64,000 nt of DNA from a bacterium (GTDB lineage: Bacteria; Electryoneota; RPQS01): NCBI GenBank assembly GCA_020846695.1, contig JADLDM010000187.1:1010-65009 (forward strand), in the 5' to 3' direction. Each line of letters begins with the position of its first letter. Position 1 is the first letter of the stretch. Below, piece by piece: positions 44,910 to 55,187 of the stretch. The position numbers were made by a program, and so were the translations under genes. The notes beneath the pieces were generated by a model, which was not told the origin of the DNA, made no database searches, and was given only the letters and a program-made list of their open reading frames with translations.

Positions 44910-46568
44910 TTGACTCGCATCCAGTATTTCAAATTGTTCTTCTTGCACGCTCCTGCAGTAATTGTCGGTGCTCTGTGGTGCGAGCAGAGCCTTGCTGCAA
45001 CTGCCTTTGTGGAGTCAGGACAGAGCATACAAGTGAGTATTGACACTTTGTCTCCTGGTGACACGATCGTCGTCTCGCCGGGGTATTATGCGGAAACGCT
45101 ACAGCTGCATGATAGAAACTTGACCATTGCCAGTTTCTGGCTGCTTACCCGAGACACATCTTATCTATTGTCAACCGTTCTATCTCCATCTCCGGGTCTG
45201 CCAGACACAGGAACCTGTGTTGCGCTACAGTGTCCCCACTGCGACAGCTCCGTACTTGCAGGACTTACTCTTCGGGGCGGATACGGTGTATACTGGACAA
45301 CGGGACAGAGCACTGCCGGCGGCGCAGTCTTCGTGAGCGAAGGACGCCTACTTCTGGATCATTGTGTAGTGGATTCGTCAACCGCTGCATTTGGGGGTGG
45401 TGTGGCTGTGGTCGCAGATGACAGCACAAGTGCCGCGCAACTTACCCTACACGCGACTACAATTCGAAACTGCCTTGCCACTTCTTGGGGTGGTGGACTC
45501 TATTCCATTCGCTCCACATTGATCGTTGACTCCAGTCTGTTTGCAGAGAACTCAGCAGATCTCGGAGGAGGAGGACTTATTGCTTTTCAGTCAGAAATTG
45601 GAATTACGGAGTGCAGTTTCTTGGATAACCTTGGCATTGAAGCAGGGATCGAGCTTAATGCGTGCCGAGGCACTTTATTTGGCTGCCTGTTTCAAGGCAA
45701 CACCGCATTTTCAAATTCTGAATCTTGTGATATTCTGTGTGCAAACTCGTCCGTAGCGTGTACTGGTTGCAGCTTCTTGGGCCTGACGACCTCTGGTTCC
45801 AGAGTCGTGCTTTGTTGCGATCATGTTGCTGAAGTAGAGTTCAGCAGAAACATACTACTGGGATGCGCAGGATCACGGGACCCTGTGCTGCTCTTGGCAG
45901 GAGTGCAGGGAAACATTAGCCATAATGTCTTTCACAGCATTAGCGGTTCAAGAGCGACCATTTACGGATTCCAGGCAACGACAATGAGGATTCATCATAA
46001 TGTCTTCGCAAGTATTTATAACGACAATCCGGTTCTCCGCACTGGTCCCAATTTTCATGGTTCGCTCGACTCAAATTGGATCGAAGGCAACAGTGGCGAC
46101 TGTTTTTTTGATGCAATCCCCCCTGCCGACTCCATCCATGCAGAAAACAACTGGTGGGGTGATGTGAGTGGCCCGTATCATTCTGCGCTCAACCCTAATG
46201 GACTCGGCGATACGCTTGGGTATGGTCTTGTGGACTTTGTTCCTTGGTTGACCTCTCCGCCTGACACGTCATGGTCTGTTGTAAGCCCGACTCGCCCGCA
46301 CATTCCCTCGACGTGGGCGCTGTTGAATGTCTTTCCCAATCCTTTCAATTCGGAAATCCGAATCGAAATTGCCGGGTTTGCGCGGAATGGCTTCTCCATC
46401 AAGCTGTATAATCTTCTCGGAAGAGAGGTGGCGGTTCTTCATGATGGACCGCTCACGGGAAACTCCTTGAGCTTTGTGGCTCCTCCGGGCCTTGCGAGCG
46501 GTGTCTATCTGCTCAGAGCATCAGACAAGACATCCTCCAGCACAAGGAAAGTTATCTTGCTGAAGTGA
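44910..46568 (+). CDS. Right-handed parallel beta-helix (pectin-lyase-fold) repeat protein with a T9SS C-terminal sorting domain
   Basis: The beta-helix repeats are Gly/Ser/Asn-rich (GGGVAVVADD..., NNWWGDVSGPY). The C-terminus ...FPNPFNSEIRIEI...LYNLLGREVAVL...GVYLLRASD...KVILLK is a T9SS type-A CTD. The start (TTG at 44910) is uncertain. Confidence 0.6.
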   Translation: MTRIQYFKLFFLHAPAVIVGALWCEQSLAATAFVESGQSIQVSIDTLSPGDTIVVSPGYYAETLQLHDRNLTIASFWLLTRDTSYLLSTVLSPSPGLPDTGTCVALQCPHCDSSVLAGLTLRGGYGVYWTTGQSTAGGAVFVSEGRLLLDHCVVDSSTAAFGGGVAVVADDSTSAAQLTLHATTIRNCLATSWGGGLYSIRSTLIVDSSLFAENSADLGGGGLIAFQSEIGITECSFLDNLGIEAGIELNACRGTLFGCLFQGNTAFSNSESCDILCANSSVACTGCSFLGLTTSGSRVVLCCDHVAEVEFSRNILLGCAGSRDPVLLLAGVQGNISHNVFHSISGSRATIYGFQATTMRIHHNVFASIYNDNPVLRTGPNFHGSLDSNWIEGNSGDCFFDAIPPADSIHAENNWWGDVSGPYHSALNPNGLGDTLGYGLVDFVPWLTSPPDTSWSVVSPTRPHIPSTWALLNVFPNPFNSEIRIEIAGFARNGFSIKLYNLLGREVAVLHDGPLTGNSLSFVAPPGLASGVYLLRASDKTSSSTRKVILLK

Positions 46569-46678
46569 AGCGAAGAGTGCCAATCCCATCAATTCACATG
46601 ACATCAACGCCCGACGATTTCTCGCCGGGCGTTCCTGTTCATCGTATGTCTTCCGTCAAGCCATACCGTTCTCAAACT

Positions 46679-47119
46679 CTAATTCGCGCAGGGGGCATTC
46701 CACAGCAGATTCCAGTGATCCTCCACGTCGCGCACCACCTTCCGCAGTTGACCCGAATCCATCGGCTTCAGAAAATATCCGGTCACGCCGTGCGAAATCG
46801 TGTAAGCCAAATCCGATTCATCTAATCCATCCGTAATCACGACGACCGGAATCGTCATCAGCTTGGGATCGGTGCGAATTTCATGCAGCACCTCAAACCC
46901 TTGCGCGCTGTCCATATTGATGTCAAGTAGAATCAGACCCGGCTTGGTCAACCCGTGATCCGCATCGAAGGGTCCGAAGCTCGCCGCGTGCCGGAGGTAG
47001 TGCAGCGCCTCCATGTGCGACCGCGCAACGACCATTCGATTGCCAAGCTTTGTCTCGTGAATCGCGTCTTCGACCATTTCTATGCCGTCGTCGCGATCCT
47101 CAATCAGAAGGATGTCCAT
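46679..47119 (-). CDS. Single-domain response regulator (CheY-like receiver)
   Basis: MDILLIEDRDD...LILLDINMDS...VVVITD...LKP. Conserved receiver Asp and Lys positions are present. An alternative upstream start is at 47185. Confidence 0.7.
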   Translation of the reverse strand: MDILLIEDRDDGIEMVEDAIHETKLGNRMVVARSHMEALHYLRHAASFGPFDADHGLTKPGLILLDINMDSAQGFEVLHEIRTDPKLMTIPVVVITDGLDESDLAYTISHGVTGYFLKPMDSGQLRKVVRDVEDHWNLLWNAPCAN

Positions 47120-47227
47120 CGGCACCCGCTGATCCTGCTGCATCCAGCCCGAAGTATTCATCGTATCTTCTCGTTCTAATCGCATCGTCGTATTCCCTTA
47201 AGGCAAAGGGTGGACCGGAGCAAAAAC

Positions 47228-47265
47228 AAATCGCCGCCGCAACCAAATGCGACGGCGATTTTCAT
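47228..47265 (-). terminator. Hairpin terminator downstream of the methyltransferase gene
   Basis: AAATCGCCGccgcaaccaaatgcgaCGGCGATTT with a T-run on the plus strand and GTTTTTG on the minus strand. Confidence 0.45.
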
Positions 47266-47420
47266 TACAATAAGATGCTTACTTTTCTGACCCGCGGGTC
47301 ACTCTTCCAATTCTAATTCAAGCGGGAGTCGGGCGCGTTGAGTTCACACGACGCAGTGGCTGGAGGAAATCAACCTATAACATCTGCGCTTTGCACAATG
47401 CAATGCGCAATCATGCGAGG

Positions 47421-48068
47421 TTACACCGGCGTAGAATGATGCTTAGGCCGCACGTCCACCAGAGTAATCTGATAAACCGTTGTGCGTTCCCATGCGTGCA
47501 GCTTTCCGGCTTTTCGACAGAACGAACGAAACTGCGCGGGCCGCCAATGATTCACGTGACCCGGGTCTCCTCCGATTCCCAATTTCACCGAAAGCCACGT
47601 CAGCGTTCTGAAATACGGTTCAAGCGGAACGGACAGCAACAGCCAATGCTCTGCGACACGGTCGAGTTCGGCTAAGACTTTCTCAGGCTCGGGAAGATGC
47701 TCTAACACCTGCGAACAGAAAATCACGTCAAAGCTCTCGTCGAGAAAAGGAATTTCGTAGGCGCTCGCCGCAACCCAATTCGCTTCCGGTGATGCCTGAC
47801 GAGCGAACTCGACCGCTTCCGCGCTGAAATCAAATCCCGTCCACTTGCCTTTGTATCCGCGCTCCTTCATCGCGCGATAGACAATTCCTTCACCGCAACC
47901 CGCATCGAGAACATTCTTCGCTCCGGTGAATTCGAGCAGATGATACATGTGATCCAAGTAGAGTTCAAGATGCCGCTGATAGAGGCTGTTGTTGAACTCC
48001 CATTTGCGGTGATTATCCGACGTGTAGCCCTTCGGCTTCTCCTTGCGTGCGTGCTCAATTACCGGCAA
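47421..48068 (-). CDS. Class I SAM-dependent methyltransferase
   Basis: Motif I VLDAGCGEG and a Rossmann-like pattern. Confidence 0.8.
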   Translation of the reverse strand: MPVIEHARKEKPKGYTSDNHRKWEFNNSLYQRHLELYLDHMYHLLEFTGAKNVLDAGCGEGIVYRAMKERGYKGKWTGFDFSAEAVEFARQASPEANWVAASAYEIPFLDESFDVIFCSQVLEHLPEPEKVLAELDRVAEHWLLLSVPLEPYFRTLTWLSVKLGIGGDPGHVNHWRPAQFRSFCRKAGKLHAWERTTVYQITLVDVRPKHHSTPV

Positions 48069-48096
48069 TTTATTTCTCCATATCGTTTATCGCGCT

Positions 48097-50544
48097 TCAG
48101 GCAATAACCACTGCGCGAATTTCTTCGTCTGCTTTGGGATAGGGATTCTCGTCCCAAAATTCTCGAAATGCTGTTGACCAATCGCGCGTCGCCGCTCGCG
48201 CTCTTGCAGCGGAGGCCATGCGCTGACGCAACGCCGGCGACTCAACTAATGCGTGCATCGCCTTGCGCCACGCTTCCACGTCATAGCCGGAAAGCACGTA
48301 GCCGCTTTCATCAGGCAAGATAATTTCTTTCGGACCGCCTTCATCGGACACAAGCGACGGCAACCCCGAGGCTTGCGCTTCCAACACCGAGTTGCCGTAA
48401 GTGTCAGTCGTCGAAGGAAACACAAACACGTCACCCGAGGCGTACGCTCTTGCCAGCTGCTTGCCCTTTACGAAGCCCGGCAGCGCGACACATTTCGGAA
48501 GATTGCGCTTCAGAAGTTCGTCGCGATAAGGCCCGTCCCCGACAATCGCAAGCGCGGCCTTCTCCTTCAATAGTTCATCGCGCAGGAAAGCGTCTATCAC
48601 CACGTCAAGATTCTTCTCGCGTGAAACTCTTCCCGTGTAGACAAAGATCACGCGGTCCTTCAAGCCGTGCGGCTCGTAGAAATGTTCGTCACGATGTCGC
48701 GGATTGTAGAAATCGAGATCGGTGCCGCGCGTGTAGATGAAGAGCCTGCGCGGATTGAAACCGTGTTCGACCAACTGCTTTCTGTAGTGATCGCTCGGCG
48801 AATAAACCGCATCCGCTTTGCCGTAGAACCAGCGCATGAACGTCCATGTGTGCTGCTCAAGCCCCTCGTCCCCCGTTATCTGCCGGACGTGCTGCGGGAA
48901 ATCACTGTGATAGATCGCGCGCACCGGAACCCCGAACAGTTTCGATGCGTAAAGCGCAATTAAACCCACCGGCCCCGGCGTCGAAATAATATACTCCGAG
49001 AAATTCTGTGATTCAAGATAGCGCAGCATCTTCAGAATCGGCGGCACCGAGAGCTTCTGCAATTCGTAATCGGGAATCGCCATCTCGCCCACCGGAGGGA
49101 AATTCAGAAACTTTGATCCCTTTGGCGCGCGAGCTTCGACCACCGAACAGATAATTTCAAGATCGGCGTCGAGCTTCTCGGCAACTTCGGACATCTTGTG
49201 CAGAGTCATCGAAACGCCATTCACGTCACTGACCGTATCGGAAAACCACGCGACCTTCTTGCGCGGCGCGGCCTGCGGCAATTCGAGTGTTCCCGAAGTT
49301 CGCTCGCGCAGTGCGGCGATCAGCTTGCGATCGCGATTCAGCTTGTCAAAGGAGAAGAGATACGGGCCGAGCGCGGCCTGCAAGGGCAAAAGCCCCGCGC
49401 CAAACGACAACCCTCTTCCCACTTCACCCGCAGCAAATGCCTCTATCGCCTCTTCCAACAAACGAAAGCTCACGCGGCTGATCAACTGATCCGCCATGCC
49501 ATACAGCCGCTCATCGAACGTGTTCAAAGCATCTCGATCAATTCCACCAAGCCGCTCGCTACGAGGAATCTCACGATACGCCCGATACATTTCACGGATC
49601 AGTTTGCGCTCCAAAGGCGACGGTCGGCGCTTCATCTTCACAAGCTGCTTGATTCCGCTCCAAAGGGAACGCACTACCTTTCGCTTTGTTGGACGCTCAG
49701 GAGTCAAAACGCGCGTCAAAATCAAATCGAGAAGTCCGGGCACTTCGCCTCGCTCCTCGCGAACTCGCCGCGCGTAAACTTGCGCACCCACGCGATACAT
49801 CGAATGCGCCGAAGACATCGTCGAGCCGTGATTGCCACCGGGAGTTCCCGCGCGCTTCCGAAGATGCGCAATAACATCTTCAGGAGTCTTCGCCTCGGGA
49901 ATCTCCGTCCACGTCAAGCCCGCGTACTGTCCGCAGTAATCATTCGACGAACCGATCTGCCCTTTCTGCCACGGCGTGCTCGATGCAGGCTTGATCTTCC
50001 AGCGTCGTTGAATCTGATCGAGATATTCCGGCGTCAACGCATCAAGAAACACCGCCGTGAACTCGTTGGAGCGCTGTTGTCGTCCACCGCTTCTGCTCTC
50101 AAAATGATCAAATAGGAGAAGCAGACGCTCGACGTGATCCGGGCTGAGCTTGCCGTCATAGACTTCAAGCGGCTGCGCGACAACGTGAAAGAGATTCTCC
50201 GACAACAAATACTCGCGCACGTCGTAAAGCTGTGCGCGAAGAGAGAGCATCTTAGCAAGCTGCAAGTCGCCAAGTCCATACACAATCAAACGGACAGGAC
50301 AACCGTCTTCAGGAAAATAGCAGGTTGTCTCGCACGCAGGAATGACATTCGGTAGATGCGCAAGCTCGTGATAGCCTTGAAGCGTGTCGCTGTCCGTAAT
50401 CGCGACAAAATCCATCCCGCGACGACGCGCGAGTTCGTAAGCCGCCTTCGGATCCGTATGCGATTCCGGCACACCGAGCTTCTTCAGAAAGAAATTCGTC
50501 GGGCGATTGGAGTGCTTCGTATGTATGTGCAGATCCGCGCGCAT
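48097..50544 (-). CDS. PHP-domain (CpsB/YwqE-like phosphoesterase) fused to a GT4/GT1 glycosyltransferase
   Basis: The N-terminus MRADLHIHTKHS...FVAITDSD matches the PHP His/Asp motifs. The C-terminus ...FVYTGRVSREKNLDVVIDAF...VGDGPYRDEL...FPSTTDTYGNSVLEAQASGLP matches the GT4 EX7E region. Confidence 0.75.
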   Translation of the reverse strand: MRADLHIHTKHSNRPTNFFLKKLGVPESHTDPKAAYELARRRGMDFVAITDSDTLQGYHELAHLPNVIPACETTCYFPEDGCPVRLIVYGLGDLQLAKMLSLRAQLYDVREYLLSENLFHVVAQPLEVYDGKLSPDHVERLLLLFDHFESRSGGRQQRSNEFTAVFLDALTPEYLDQIQRRWKIKPASSTPWQKGQIGSSNDYCGQYAGLTWTEIPEAKTPEDVIAHLRKRAGTPGGNHGSTMSSAHSMYRVGAQVYARRVREERGEVPGLLDLILTRVLTPERPTKRKVVRSLWSGIKQLVKMKRRPSPLERKLIREMYRAYREIPRSERLGGIDRDALNTFDERLYGMADQLISRVSFRLLEEAIEAFAAGEVGRGLSFGAGLLPLQAALGPYLFSFDKLNRDRKLIAALRERTSGTLELPQAAPRKKVAWFSDTVSDVNGVSMTLHKMSEVAEKLDADLEIICSVVEARAPKGSKFLNFPPVGEMAIPDYELQKLSVPPILKMLRYLESQNFSEYIISTPGPVGLIALYASKLFGVPVRAIYHSDFPQHVRQITGDEGLEQHTWTFMRWFYGKADAVYSPSDHYRKQLVEHGFNPRRLFIYTRGTDLDFYNPRHRDEHFYEPHGLKDRVIFVYTGRVSREKNLDVVIDAFLRDELLKEKAALAIVGDGPYRDELLKRNLPKCVALPGFVKGKQLARAYASGDVFVFPSTTDTYGNSVLEAQASGLPSLVSDEGGPKEIILPDESGYVLSGYDVEAWRKAMHALVESPALRQRMASAARARAATRDWSTAFREFWDENPYPKADEEIRAVVIA

Positions 50545-50548
50545 GATG

Positions 50549-52006
50549 TTATGCAGCAGATTCCTTCTTATGATGCCAGAGGTAGTAAACCGGAAGTCCG
50601 AGCAGCACGATAATCAAACCGGGCCACGTGAAGTTGGGTTTGTAGATAATCAAATTGATGCAGAAGAGAGCGGCAAGCGCAATGTATAGAATCTGAAAAT
50701 AGGGATAGCCCGGCGCGCGAACGGGACGCTCGTCGTTCGGTCTCAGTTTGCGCAATCTGAAAATTCCATACACCGTGAAAATATAGAAGAGCACGGCGGC
50801 GAAGGTCACGTAGTCCAACAGGTCGCCGTATTTTCCAGAGAGGCACAGCACGCCGGCCCAGATTCCTTGCACAGCAAGCGCAACGCCCGGAACATCCTTC
50901 TTGTTCAACTTGCCGACAGATTTGAAAAAGAGTCCGTGCTGCGCCATCGCGTAATAGACGCGCGCGCCCGTCAGCACGATGCCGTTGTTGCAGCCGAAGG
51001 TCGAAATCATCACGGCAACCGCAATCAACACCGTCGCCGCGCCGCCGAAGATCGTCTCCGTCGCAGCCGTAGCAACGCGGTCGCTCGTCGCGAATGCGAT
51101 TCCTCTTGACACTGTGTCCGCGCCATTGACGTCGCCCGTGATCGGCAGCAGAAAGAGATAGGCAACATTCGTCAGAATGTAGAGCAGCGCGACCAATCCC
51201 GTTCCCAACGCAAGACTCTTGGCAACGGTTTTTCTCGGATCCTTCGTTTCCGCCGCCGTGAAGGTCGAGCTGTTCCAAGCATCGAGTGCAAACAGCGATC
51301 CGACCGACGCAAGACCGAATGCGGTCAAGAGCGCCGTGCCCGATAGCGGTGTTGTTGTCGTGACGCCATCTTTCACTGTGCTCGTTACTGCCGCCCACAT
51401 GTTCGCAAAGTTCTTCACGACAACTTCGGGATTCCCCGCAATGAAGATGCCAAGCCCGATCACCAACAGCAGGACCGCAATTTTTGTCAGTGTGAAGAGA
51501 TTCTGCACAAACTTCCCTTCACGCACGCCGCGCATATTGATGTGGGTCAATACGCCGATCTGCACAATCGCGAGTAATTGTGCCGCCGAAACCTGATAGC
51601 TCCCCGCCTCAAAGAGAATATTCTTCTCGCTGAACCACGGAATAATCACACCGGTAAACTTCGCAAAGGCGACCGCCACCGCCGCAATCGTTCCGCACTG
51701 TATCACCAGAAAAAACGTCCACCCGAAAAGAAATCCAACCAGCGGACTGAAGGCTTCGCGCAAATAGACATATTGCCCCCCCGCCTGCGGATGCATTCCC
51801 GCGAGTTCGCCGTAGCTCGTCGCGGGAATCAAAGTCATAATCGCGCTCACCACCCACACCAACAGAATCCACCCTGACGAACCCATGTAGCGCGCGATGT
51901 CCGCGCTCACTATGAAGATACCTGAGCCGATCATCGAGCCAACGACCAGCATCGTCGCATCCAGGAGTTTCAGTTCACGACGTAACTCCGTGCGCGCCTC
52001 AGCCAT
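50549..52006 (-). CDS. APC-family amino acid permease
   Basis: 12 TM helices. The N-terminus LLDATMLVVGSMIGSGIF is typical of APC transporters. Confidence 0.85.
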   Translation of the reverse strand: MAEARTELRRELKLLDATMLVVGSMIGSGIFIVSADIARYMGSSGWILLVWVVSAIMTLIPATSYGELAGMHPQAGGQYVYLREAFSPLVGFLFGWTFFLVIQCGTIAAVAVAFAKFTGVIIPWFSEKNILFEAGSYQVSAAQLLAIVQIGVLTHINMRGVREGKFVQNLFTLTKIAVLLLVIGLGIFIAGNPEVVVKNFANMWAAVTSTVKDGVTTTTPLSGTALLTAFGLASVGSLFALDAWNSSTFTAAETKDPRKTVAKSLALGTGLVALLYILTNVAYLFLLPITGDVNGADTVSRGIAFATSDRVATAATETIFGGAATVLIAVAVMISTFGCNNGIVLTGARVYYAMAQHGLFFKSVGKLNKKDVPGVALAVQGIWAGVLCLSGKYGDLLDYVTFAAVLFYIFTVYGIFRLRKLRPNDERPVRAPGYPYFQILYIALAALFCINLIIYKPNFTWPGLIIVLLGLPVYYLWHHKKESAA

Positions 52007-52109
52007 TGTTATCGCGATGCGTCGTCATCACGCGAATCAGACAATAGACAAACAGTCCGATAATCACTACCCACGAGGTGAGCATCAGAATCCAACCTAT
52101 CGGTTTCAT
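51999..52109 (-). CDS. Small single-TM protein (36 aa) translationally coupled to the NSS transporter
   Basis: MKPIGWILMLTSWVVIIGLFVYCLIRVMTTHRDNNG. Its ATG overlaps the stop of the upstream gene (ATGA). It is speculative. Confidence 0.35.
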   Translation of the reverse strand: MKPIGWILMLTSWVVIIGLFVYCLIRVMTTHRDNNG

Positions 52110-53719
52110 GAGCGCTCCTTCCCAAACTTGTGGAATCTTCCCTGCTTGTCCGCCTTCCACACCCAATAGACTAACAGGATGAAGAACCCTGTCATCACAA
52201 ATCGCGTGATGCTCATCCAATAGGCGCGATCCGCATCTACACCCTGCATCGTCGCGATCGGCCACCATTCCTGATAGGCCCAGAACAGCAGAAGTAAAAT
52301 CAAATAGGCCGGCGTTACGAAGCGAATGATGAACTTGTAGATCGGAGGAATTTTGATCAGCGCGCCGTGATGCATCTCGTCCCAGCCCTTGTCAATTCCA
52401 AGATACACATTGAAGATCAGCACCATGATCAAACCCGACACCACAGGCAGCACAGATCCCGCCCAGAAGTCCATCTCGTCTAACGTGCCGTGCTGAATAG
52501 TCAGAATGATAAAGCCTGTGATGATAAGATTGATCACGCCCGTCACGGCAAGAGCTTTTTGCCGAGACATTTTCAACTCATCCTTCAGGAATGTAATCAG
52601 CGGCTCTATCAGAGAGACCGATGATGTGATTCCCGCGATAAAAAGCAGAATGAACCAGATGAAACCGACAATCCCTTCTCCGCCCATCTGCGCGAAGATA
52701 TAGGGCATCGTCACGAAGCCGAGATTAAACGAACCCTGTTGCGCGATCTGCTGCGCGCCCGCCACTCCGAAGAACACTGCCGACGCAACGACCGCGATAC
52801 TTCCTCCCAAAACCACTTCGGCAAACTCATTCGCCGTGGTCGCCGTCAAGCCCGAGAGCGCTACATCGTCCTTCGCTTTCAGATAACTTGCATAGGTCAT
52901 GATGCAGCCCATGCCTACCGACAATGTAAAGAAGATTTGCCCCGCCGCTGCAATCCAGACCTTCGCTTCATCAAGTCTGCTCCAATCCGGATTCCACATG
53001 AAGCCCAGCGCATTGTTCACATTCCAATCGGGATGCTCGGCATTCGGTGTCCCAAGCGTCAACACGCGAATCGCCAAAACGATTCCGCACACAAACAAAA
53101 TCGGCATTCCGATTTTTGATAGCTTCTCTATCCCGCCGGAAATGCCCTTATGCAAAACGAAGTAGTTCAACGCGAAAACGATCGCGAACATCATGATCGC
53201 CGTCCACGGCCCGTCGAAGTAATGATTTACTTCCTGACCCGTGAATCCCGCAAGAAACTTGTCCATCTCATGCGCCGCCACCGCTTCCTGATAGCTTCCC
53301 GATACCGAGAAGAAAGCGAACGACAAGGTCCATGTCTCAATGTAAACATAGTAGAACGTGATGCACAACGGAATAAAGATCGTGATGATCCCAAGATATT
53401 TCGCCCACGGTCTTCCCTTCGTCAACCGATGAAACACTCCAGGGCCGCCGCCGTGTTCATGCTGCCCGCCGTATCGTCCCATCGTCCACTCCACCCACGC
53501 GAGCGGAATTCCCAACAGCAGCATCGCGAGAATATACGGAACCATGAAGGCGCCGCCGCCATTTTGCGCCGCCTGCACAGGAAAGCGCAAAAAATTTCCG
53601 AGACCGACGGCGCTCCCCGCAACAGCCATGATGATGCCGATGCGCGAGCCCCAACTGTCCCGGACCTTTGGGATATTGGATGAATCCGATTTGTGCTTCG
53701 TGGGAGAGGACTGAGACAT
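52106..53719 (-). CDS. Neurotransmitter:sodium symporter (NSS/SLC6, LeuT-like) family transporter
   Basis: AVAGSAVGLGNFLRFPVQAAQNGGGAFMVPYI is the NSS TM1 signature. ~12 TM helices. Confidence 0.85.
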   Translation of the reverse strand: MSQSSPTKHKSDSSNIPKVRDSWGSRIGIIMAVAGSAVGLGNFLRFPVQAAQNGGGAFMVPYILAMLLLGIPLAWVEWTMGRYGGQHEHGGGPGVFHRLTKGRPWAKYLGIITIFIPLCITFYYVYIETWTLSFAFFSVSGSYQEAVAAHEMDKFLAGFTGQEVNHYFDGPWTAIMMFAIVFALNYFVLHKGISGGIEKLSKIGMPILFVCGIVLAIRVLTLGTPNAEHPDWNVNNALGFMWNPDWSRLDEAKVWIAAAGQIFFTLSVGMGCIMTYASYLKAKDDVALSGLTATTANEFAEVVLGGSIAVVASAVFFGVAGAQQIAQQGSFNLGFVTMPYIFAQMGGEGIVGFIWFILLFIAGITSSVSLIEPLITFLKDELKMSRQKALAVTGVINLIITGFIILTIQHGTLDEMDFWAGSVLPVVSGLIMVLIFNVYLGIDKGWDEMHHGALIKIPPIYKFIIRFVTPAYLILLLLFWAYQEWWPIATMQGVDADRAYWMSITRFVMTGFFILLVYWVWKADKQGRFHKFGKERS

Positions 53720-53798
53720 TCACAAACTCCTTTCTTGACCATGCGCAATGAGGACGTGAACGGGAAGTGGCTTATGGAAAGATAAGAGGACTGAGTAA

Positions 53799-54311
53799 TT
53801 ACGACGCCCGTGCATCCCGCTCAACCTCGGCGCGCAGGGCCTCCAACCGCTCTTCCATGAGCTTCGTGAAGGCGCGCAAGTCGGCGTCGGGACCGGGATG
53901 AGGAATCGGCTCGCCGTAATATAACAAAACTCGTGAAAACGGCAACGGTACGGTGAACCGGTCCCACGAGTTGAAGCGCATCACATGTTTCGAGGCAAAA
54001 ATCGCGGGGATTACATCCGCCCCTGAAGCCAGCGCAATATACGCCGCGCCGGGTTTCATCTTGTAAATCGGCCCGCGCGGCCCGTCGCAAATCATCGCCG
54101 CAGCCTGACCCTTTGCCATCTTCTCAATCATCGCAAGCGCCGCCGCAGATCCCCCCCGCGTCGAACTGCCGCGCACCGTCTCAAAACCTATTTTCTCCAC
54201 AACCCGCGACACCAATTCCCCGTCGCGATGCTGCGAAATCATTGCGACCAGCTTGCGATTGCGACAGTGATAGGTGGGAACCAGAAGGCGCCCGTGCCAC
54301 GTGACGGTCAT
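53799..54311 (-). CDS. DUF374 / lysophospholipid-acyltransferase-like protein (lipid A-associated)
   Basis: Matches DUF374-type sequences often found next to lpxB/kdtA. It is immediately downstream of lpxB. Confidence 0.55.
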   Translation of the reverse strand: MTVTWHGRLLVPTYHCRNRKLVAMISQHRDGELVSRVVEKIGFETVRGSSTRGGSAAALAMIEKMAKGQAAAMICDGPRGPIYKMKPGAAYIALASGADVIPAIFASKHVMRFNSWDRFTVPLPFSRVLLYYGEPIPHPGPDADLRAFTKLMEERLEALRAEVERDARAS

Positions 54312-54388
54312 GAGCGGAGAGCGCGCCCTAAGGCGCGCTTCTACCCGTTCAAAGCCGCGAACTTCAAGCCGCCACGTCGCGCCGAGAC

Positions 54389-54835
54389 TCAGGAGGGCCA
54401 GATGACCGAAACGAGAGCCGAGAAAGAAGAGGAGACGATTGATATGAACGATGCGGTGAGAGACTTGATAACTGCGATCGCGGACTCGGTAACGCTTGCG
54501 GTTTCAACATAGGCATTGCGGGCAACATCTCCCGCGTGATGCGCCGTCATGCGCATCTGACGCGGAGCAGTTGAAAGCTCCAGGGCCGCATACTTCGCGC
54601 CCGCGACCGCCGTGCTCACGCACGTCTTCACGCCAAACGTCACCGCCTGAGACACACTCGAACCCGGATGAAAGCCCGCCCCTCCGTCAATCGAAGGTGA
54701 GCATAGCTGAATCGTCGCACGCTTCGGAGCAACAACACGCTCCGGAGAGTCCGCTCCAACTTGCTCCGTCGCAAGCGCAAGCGAAACTCCGCAGAAGACG
54801 GCAACAACAACTAAGTAGCGCAACGGTAGATTCAT
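54389..54835 (-). CDS. Hypothetical secreted protein
   Basis: AAGGAGA SD lies 7 nt before the ATG. Signal peptide MNLPLRYLVVVAVFCGVSLALA. The C-terminal half is low complexity. Confidence 0.45.
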   Translation of the reverse strand: MNLPLRYLVVVAVFCGVSLALATEQVGADSPERVVAPKRATIQLCSPSIDGGAGFHPGSSVSQAVTFGVKTCVSTAVAGAKYAALELSTAPRQMRMTAHHAGDVARNAYVETASVTESAIAVIKSLTASFISIVSSSFSALVSVIWPS

Positions 54836-55187
54836 GGCAGTCTCCTTGAATCGTGAAACACCAAGCGTTATTTCCGCGCGATCCGGGTACGCGCCGAGAA
54901 TCCTTTGAATAGCAACCTAACATCACGAAAGCGCTGTCCTGCAAGGGCATCGCTTAAACAGATGTCCGAAAATGGCGACAGGAACAAACAATCACTACGG
55001 CGAGAGCAACATTCTCCAGAAAGATTTCCTGTTCTTTCTTCCCGTCTTGCCGGACCCAGGCTTATAGTAGCTCTTCTTTCCTGAGCTACTTTCTCCCTTG
55101 AGTCTCTTTCGTTTCAATAAACTGAAGATCATTTGATAACTCCTCCGTCAACAATTATGCCCAGGAAGACTACAAGCACATTCCGAC

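Noticed and set aside
49198-50115. 305-aa plus-strand ORF
   Set aside because: It is antisense to the PHP-GT4 gene. Its extremely Arg-rich, low-complexity translation marks it as spurious.
50568-51398. 276-aa alternative-frame ORF overlapping the APC permease
   Set aside because: It is a same-strand overlapping frame with Arg/Gly/Cys-rich composition. The permease frame has clear TM helices.
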